64,000 nt of DNA from the NCBI GenBank assembly GCA_040954595.2, contig CM082597.2:8711778-8775777 (forward strand), in the 5' to 3' direction. The position numbers were made by a program, and so were the translations under genes. Positions within the stretch are counted from its first letter, which is position 1. Every line of letters starts with the position of its first letter. A model generated the notes under the pieces. It was not told the origin of the DNA. It saw only the letters and a program-made list of their open reading frames with translations, and did not search any database. This document shows, piece after piece, positions 57,101 to 64,000 of the stretch. The stretch comes from Balanoglossus misakiensis. Taxonomy: Eukaryota; Animalia; Hemichordata.

Positions 57101-59748
57101 CATTTGTAAGTTATTTTCAATTTATAATTTTTTTGTAAGTTTCTTCATTCTCAAATTGCTTGCCTAACGTACTGCTTTAAAATTTAAATTTTGGTATGAT
57201 TTTGAGTAGACTTTTTGTTTCAAAATTATTTTCGACACTTGACATTTTTGGGTGATATGATTTTACATGGAAAATCTGATTTCCCTGTAATTCGGTTGAC
57301 AGGATTTTCACAATATCTCTAAATCATGAAGTACATGTATCAGAAATGCATCAGGCCCCCAAAATTCTAGTCGCCCTTGGCAAGTAATATTAGCCATTGT
57401 TGTCCAAGGACGTTGAAGGTACAATTGGTTTTTAAACTTACTATGTAGGCATTTTATCAGAATTATTAGGTCCCATTTGGTGCAGGTATATGTATTTATA
57501 CCATGGGACCTTATGGGATCAGTTGCACCTGTATATATGGATGTCTGTATGGATGTTTGTCTGTATGTCTATCAATATCAAACACTTGGAAACCACTGGC
57601 ATGTGACCTTGATATTTAGTGTGGAGATGCAGGCAGGGCATTAAGTGGGAGTTGTCAAAATGAAGTTGTCATTGCCAAAATATGCAAATTAGCTGGGAAA
57701 GTGTCAAATTCGTCCAAACTCGGGAACTCGACAACTACTGAGCAAATTGCTTTCAAAATTGAAAATTGGTATTCCTGTAAGTTATGTTAACCTCACACAG
57801 TTCTATATGTTGTGAGCTAATGTGAATTTTCGATTTTTTATGTATTTTTTGTCTCTTTCCACATTATCGGTAGAAAATCTGCTTTTCTGGAATTGATCAG
57901 CTGACTTATTTGAAATTTAGTATGAAGCTTCATAGGTGATCTGAGTTATCATAGTTTTGTAAGGTCCCATTTGCTTTACCATGGGACCTTATGATATCGG
58001 TGGATGTATGTATGTATGTCTGTATGTCCGTCCACATCACAAACTTAAAAACCGCTGGGCATATGACCTCGATATTTGGTGTGTAGATGCAGGCCAGGCT
58101 GAAGATTGGAGTTTGTTCAAATGAAGCTGTCATTGCCAAAAATATGCAAATTAGCTAGGAAAATGTGAAATTGGTCAAAACTCAAACTCAACAACCACTG
58201 GTCACATTCATTTGAAAATCAGTATGCATGTACCTTATGTCTACCTCAAACAGTCCTGTATGTTTTGAGCTAATATTATCGATTTTTAATTTTTTATGCC
58301 AACAATCTTTTATGCATTTTTTGTATTATTCCACATTATTGGTAAAGAAATCATCATTTCTTAAAGTTATAGGCCTCATTCTTTGAATTTTAGTATGAAG
58401 CTTCTAATGGTTGTCTGAGTAACCAAAGTTTTGTTCAAATTGTTGAAAAATTTGCATATTTTAATTTTGAGCAATTTTTGCCACTTTTGGTCATTTTTTT
58501 TTCTTTAAAACTGCATGCCAGATTGATTTGGTAGGCATATTCCTAAGGGTAAACTGAGTAAGATGTTGTAAAAATGTTTTAGTATATATTGTGTTATTGG
58601 GGAAGGGGGGGGGGGGGGTTACTCAAACATTTATAACACCCAGCAACTTTTGGTACTGGCAGGGTTTGTCCTCCAATGATTTCAACATCCTGCTAGGAAT
58701 ACAACCTCTCCTCAACTTTATAAATATAGGGCATGACATTGCAGGTTTTTTGAGAACACTGTTTAAAATAACCCTCATCAAGCCTGTTAACTTATTTAGA
58801 CAGACTATTATCCAGAATGAAACGAAACATGGATGCAATAAAAAGATCTTGTGCAATAAAAACCAAGTTGATCATAACAATTATTTGCTAAGTACAACAT
58901 GTACATCACTAATAGAAGTTATGGCTATAAGCATAAACCTGTTTGTTTTGCTATCTTCACTATTCATATTATCTGACTATATTAATACATTTGCAAGCAT
59001 ACTGTTTCAGACATAGCGAATTTGATAAACATCTACAAATATATTTTTACCTGTTGAAGTTATCAAAATCCAGACACTTGACAAAAGGACATTTTTCATC
59101 CCCTCTATAGATTGATAGTCTAACATAGCAGGCAATCTGTTTTTAACAACTGCAGAAGCCTTCATAAAAAGTTGTTGGCCAGAATGAAAGCTTAGGGGGA
59201 CGTAGGATTTCCTACTTTTTAGGTTATTTTTTCTATGGCCCCAAAAAGCTATGACAAAAAATTGATGACCCCCTTGGAATTTATAATTCCCCCCCCCTAT
59301 CATACCCTGTCCATATTCTTATAAATGTCAATAAATGCCATACAGTCCTGTATGTTTTGTTTTGAGCTAATATTATGAATTTTCTATTTTTATTGTTTTG
59401 TCTTTTACTGCATTATTGGTAAAGAAAAATCTTCCTTTCTGAAAGCCATAGTTTTTGTTCAAATTGCAAATTGTTGTGAAATTGGTATATTTATAATTTT
59501 GAGCAATTTTGTAATTTTTGCTCAGAATGCAGATTCCTAGGGGGGTAACCCAAGTAAGGTGTTGTAAAAGAATTGTTTAAAAAATAAAAATATATTTGTA
59601 GATGGTTATCAAATTCGCTGTGTCTGAAAGCGCTTGTCAGATTGCTTTGAACTTTGACAGGAATGTTCCTTGTAGTGATTTAAGTAAGATGGTGTACAAT
59701 TATAGTGATTTTTGCATATTTGTGTTTTTGCCACTTTTGAACAAATGT
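54170..59748 (+). repeat. Older segmental duplication, copy 2
   Basis: As above. Extra blocks at ~54735-55355, 55974-56768 and ~58600-59335. Confidence 0.85.
55974..56768. mobile_element. PIF/Harbinger-type non-autonomous element
   Basis: tta|GGCTCCATTCACAAACACCTCTGGA ... TCCAGAGGTGTTTGTGAATGCAGCC|tta. Empty site agc-tta-tgaac at ~49461-49471. Confidence 0.85.
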
Positions 59749-60053
59749 AGTTTTGTTTAACCCCCATCTTACCCTATCCATATTCAAATAAATATGAAAA
59801 GAAATTTCTCACAGATATTATTTACTTTGATAATACTATCATTTGTGCAACAACTAATCAATCAAACAGTCAATAATCATAAATTGGGAGTTCAAAAATA
59901 TCTATAAGGGAGATTTAAAACCCCGTTAGCAACAACTGTTTGCCATGTTTTCAGTATTAATGTTTTGTGTAGCTTCTGCAGTTTTTAGGTCCCATATGGT
60001 ATGTACCATGGGCCTTATGGAATCAGTTGCGTCTGTATTTATGTATGGATGTA

Positions 60054-60251
60054 CTGTATTTTCGCGAGTTAAATTTTTCGCGATATCGAGAGAGGCCACT
60101 GTTTCGCGAGTATTAATTTTCGCGTTCTCTTATTTCATTCACTGCATCGTTATCTTCAAAAACAATTTACGCGACTTTTTATTTTCACGTTATTTTGGCT
60201 CTCGCGTATTTGGCGAAAATTAATTGCTCGCGAAAATAAAGTGTTTTACAG
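60054..60251. mobile_element. TA-flanked MITE nested in a Helentron-like microsatellite
   Basis: ta|CTGTA...TTTTACAG|ta with repeated ttttcgcg/cgcgaaaa motifs. Related to 2768-2958. Confidence 0.65.
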
Positions 60252-61948
60252 TATGTCTGTCTGTTTGTATGGATGTATGTCTGTATGTCCGTCCACATCT
60301 AAAACTTGAAAACCGTTGTGCATATCACCTCGATATTTGGTGTGCAGATGCAGGCTGGGCTGTAGATTGGAGTTTGTTAACATGAAAATGTCATTACCAA
60401 ATATATGCAAATTAGCTGGAAAATGTGAAATTGGTCAAAACTCGCAAAATTCAACAACTGCTGGTCAGATTGATTTGGAAATTGGTATGCAAGTACCTTA
60501 TGCCTACCTCATACAGTCCTGTATGTTTTGAGCTAATTTTGATTTTCTATTTTTGATGCATTTGTTTGTATTTTTCAACATTATTGGTAAAAAATCTTCA
60601 TATGAATCTAAAATTACCGTCGAATCATCCAGTGTGAGTTAGCACTGTAATTAGCAAAAGTTATAAATCCACAGTTACCCAGCAAATTTGATATAATGCT
60701 TCACATAGGTATTGGTTTTGAACATCCTTCAGAAAGGGTATGAATATTTTAAAATTTTTACTGTTGCAACCCAGACTAGTTTATTTCTGAATAAACAGAG
60801 AAATGACAACCGGATAGATTATTCTTCTGTACTAAAGACATATGCAGACACAAGAAATAGTCTGAACATTTTCAGTACATTACTAAAACAGTGTAGGTAC
60901 ATTGTACTATAAACTGAGGAAGATTAGTGACTATTGTTTGCCAAAAATGGTCCCAAGTCATTTCTCAAGCATAGCAGAATAGTAGCTTTGAGTAGCAAAG
61001 TGTGATGATTTAAAATGTAAAAAGACAACACCAATCTCTAGCTCTGCTCTCAGCACTGCAAAAGTTATCTGACAGGTAGATAGATGTTCAGTCATCCTAT
61101 GTCTGTCAACATTTTTCTTTTCTGAAATCACTGGCGCAAGTGCTTTTAAAATTGGTGTGCAGGTTTCTTGGGGTGGCGAAGTAATGTGTGTTCAAATTGT
61201 GTTGAATTCTGCATATTTGTAGTTTGGAACAAGTTTTTTGCTGTTTTTGGAAGAAAAAAGCTAAGCTCGTAGATTACTTTGACTATGCAGGTTTCTAGGT
61301 ATGACACAAGTTGTTTCTTCAAAATATGGTGAAATTTGCATATTTGGGGGGAAATTTTCTCTGAAATTTAGTATTGATCTCCCTGAGGTATGTGACATAA
61401 TCTGTAATTTTGTATTTTGGAGACAGTTGCCTTTTTGTACAAACAAAAAATCTTGTCAGAATATGCATGTCTGATTGCCATGTCCACAGGGGTGATCTAC
61501 TTTTATTTACATTATAACCGAATCTGTAAAGTTTTCATAATGATCTTTAAAATAGGTACGTCTAATTGTTTTGATCTTTGGTATGAATTGTCCCTTGGTG
61601 ATCTTAGTCAATGCTTTTGAAATTCCGCTGAATATTGCATTATTATTTTGTCTGAGTCTGAAGAGTAGTCATCATCTCTGAAACCCCTTGACCTAAGTCA
61701 GGTGTCAAATAGTACAATTTGCAGATTTGTTGCATTGGAGATATTGTTGCAGTTTTTGAAATTCAAGATGGCTGCCAATGTCTGTGTTAACTCTATGGAA
61801 AAACATTTATGTAAATACTTTTCTGAAAACAAGGCGGTGAACATCACATTTTTGTTTACAAACAGTAATAGAAATAGCTATCATTGTTTCTGAAAATCCT
61901 AACTTGTAGGATTCTTTTTCAATCTCTGGCATCAGCAGAGACAATTAA

Positions 61949-62655
61949 GGTGGCATTGCATGAAAAGTTGTGATTTTTGCCAAATTTTACTTTTTTACAT
62001 AAATCGGTAGGCCTAATACTCACCCACATCCTGACTAATACGTCTTGGCGGAAATGGTGCACAATCACCCCCAAATAGCACTTTTCTGAATGAGTTCACA
62101 GCTTAACAAATAGGTGTCAACAATGCAAATGGCCGTTTTTCTCGGTTTGCATTTTCGCTGCTTTTGACAACTTCGGACTAAAATAGCTTCGCCCTGCATT
62201 GGCCGAATTTGCTCAAATTTTGACAGGGAATTGTGTATGACCCATCCAACAAAACGCTAGTTTTGTATGTCGATAAAGTGTCCCTGGCGGGAATAAACTC
62301 TGATTCAATACAACTCACCGTGAATTTGATCAAATTTTCAGAAAATCTAACTTTCAAACGCTGTTACTCCTCAATGGAAGCAGATAACGCAAAACAAAAT
62401 TAGCGTTTTTTTGCACGTGTACTTTAGTTTTGAATGACATATTAAGATGCATGATGCATGGTCAACTTTTTTACCTATTTTAAATTTCATGACATAATAT
62501 CAAAAAATGGGTTTTTTCGCCCAAAATCGCCACCATTTCCGGGGATCAATAATATTTGCAACTCAAACAAAAGTTCAAAATCTCAGCTTCCAGAATATAT
62601 ATGGTTTATGGGGGTTTAAACTTTGTCTTTCTCGACGGTTTCATGCAGTGCCACC
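61949..62655. mobile_element. Non-autonomous Kolobok-type DNA transposon
   Basis: ttaa|GGTGGCATTGCATGAAA ... TTTCATGCAGTGCCACC|ttaa. Confidence 0.82.
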
Positions 62656-64000
62656 TTAAACAACTCTATAAAAAGTCTTATTGCTTAGTACTGGCACGAG
62701 GTGGTAAAAAGATGTGCAGCTTTTGACTTATTACAGGCTTACACTTTGTTAGTAATATGAGTCCCTATTGGTATTGTGCTGGGTTTTTAGGAGCTTGGGC
62801 CCCATTCCCTGGATATTTTTTACACCTTGCTCTGAAAGCCTGCCACACCTATGCTTCTTGAATTTGTCACAGTTGTCCTTGCCAATGAGTGTGCACCTTG
62901 AAATTCAAATCAGTCATTTGACCTGGCAGCCATATTCAGTTGAAATTGTTAAATAAATGCAAATTAGCTGGGAAAATTTGAAATTGGTCAAAACCACTGG
63001 TCAGATTGATTTGACAATTGGTATGCAAGTACCTTATGTCAACCACATACAGTCCTGTATTTTGAATAGTTTGAATGTTCTATTTTTATGCATTTTTTGC
63101 CTTTTTCCTCATTTTTGGTAAAACATCTACTTTTCTAAAATTGATGAGACGACTTCTTTGAAATTTAGTATGAAGCTTCATATAGGTGATATGAGTTAGC
63201 ATACTTTTGTTAAAATGTTGCAAAATTTGCATATTCATAATTTTGGAGCAATTTCGGCCGTTTTTGAATTTTTTTTTTAAACCGGTTGTTACATTGCTTT
63301 GAAAATTGTTAGTCATATTAGGGGTAGCCCAAGTAAGATTTGCATGTATGTTTTTCAAATCAACTTGATGAATTGAATAGTATATTTTTGGGATGATTTT
63401 TGCCATTTTTGGTCAAAACTCTTCTCAGAACCCCCCACAGTACGTGAAATATCCCATGAATCACTCTGGTTTGTACAACCAGAGATTACTCGGTCAAACC
63501 AGGCAAAGTTCACATGTGTAGAGAAAATTGTAGACCACTAATACAAATTTTGAGAGCATGCTTTAAAGGCGAATCTTATTGTCAATTACCATTTCAAATG
63601 ATAAACAAAATCATGCATTATTGAAAGAGGAGATACAAATTTTATAAAATAAGCAATTGCATAGCCAGCCGATACAAAAAAGTTTGAAGTAAAACAGGGA
63701 CACTTGAAACACTTGTTTAATCAAACAAAACGATATTGATTTTTTTCTATAGACAGAACAATGGAAATTTACATGTTAACTTTCAACAGAGACTGGCCAC
63801 CTCAGTTAGTCATTGCTTCTTTCCTCCTAAGTGTGACATTTGACGTACATGAATGAATACTTTGATTTCTATGGCTTTTAAATCTTGATTTTGAAATTTT
63901 CACTCTAATTCCTCAACATACTTTTTCTAGATAAATCTTAATACAGTTATATGTACTTCATATCATTGTTAGTATCTAAAACAGAAAGTAATTAAATGGA

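Larger units (their letters stand above)
50285..63420 (+). repeat. Cluster of Helentron/HINE-like non-autonomous elements and their decayed internal tandem repeats
   Basis: Recurrent heads taggtcccat...atgggacctta followed by (GTAT/GTCT)n at ~50285, 50806, 57467, 57960 and 59986. A second family head tttagctcac...gtgagct at ~51627. Each is followed by related aaatatgcaaattagctgg... units. Confidence 0.6.

Noticed and set aside
58620-61080. Possible highly decayed LINE fragments (RT-like at ~58620-59190 minus; NRIDY at ~60805 plus)
   Set aside because: Motif resemblance is too weak to call without a profile search.
1-64000. tRNA, rRNA, CRISPR arrays or prokaryotic operon-type systems
   Set aside because: None recognised. 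The sequence is eukaryotic with spliceosomal introns.

Overview
AT-rich, repeat-dense, intron-containing eukaryotic DNA. The TE repertoire and gene content suggest a marine invertebrate, probably a deuterostome (inference). (1) 0-11 kb: minus-strand exons of a C-type-lectin/CUB/CUB receptor resembling the N-terminus of the Uninflatable (Uif) family. One CUB exon end is damaged, and one lectin exon is duplicated by a young 5.21-kb tandem duplication (5386-16611). (2) 18.9-30.1 kb: a 5'-truncated LINE (probably Proto2 clade) split in-frame by a near-intact, very young chromodomain-bearing Ty3/Gypsy element, followed by an L2 fragment. (3) 30.9-45 kb: an intron-containing hAT/ZNF862-like transposase relic, a 2.6-kb nested-palindrome element with mirrored 69-bp arrays rich in GGAAATTTCC, a candidate orphan exon, and a 4-kb foldback element built from ~170-bp repeats. 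(4) 46.7-59.7 kb: a plus-strand chain of short exons with strong splice signals, partly repeated by an older segmental duplication, plus Helentron-like repeats. Kolobok-, Harbinger-, P-, hAT-, MULE- and mariner-type MITEs are scattered throughout, and three have both a filled and an empty site inside the window. Most short ORFs in the supplied track are spurious. All calls were made by eye; no database search was run.
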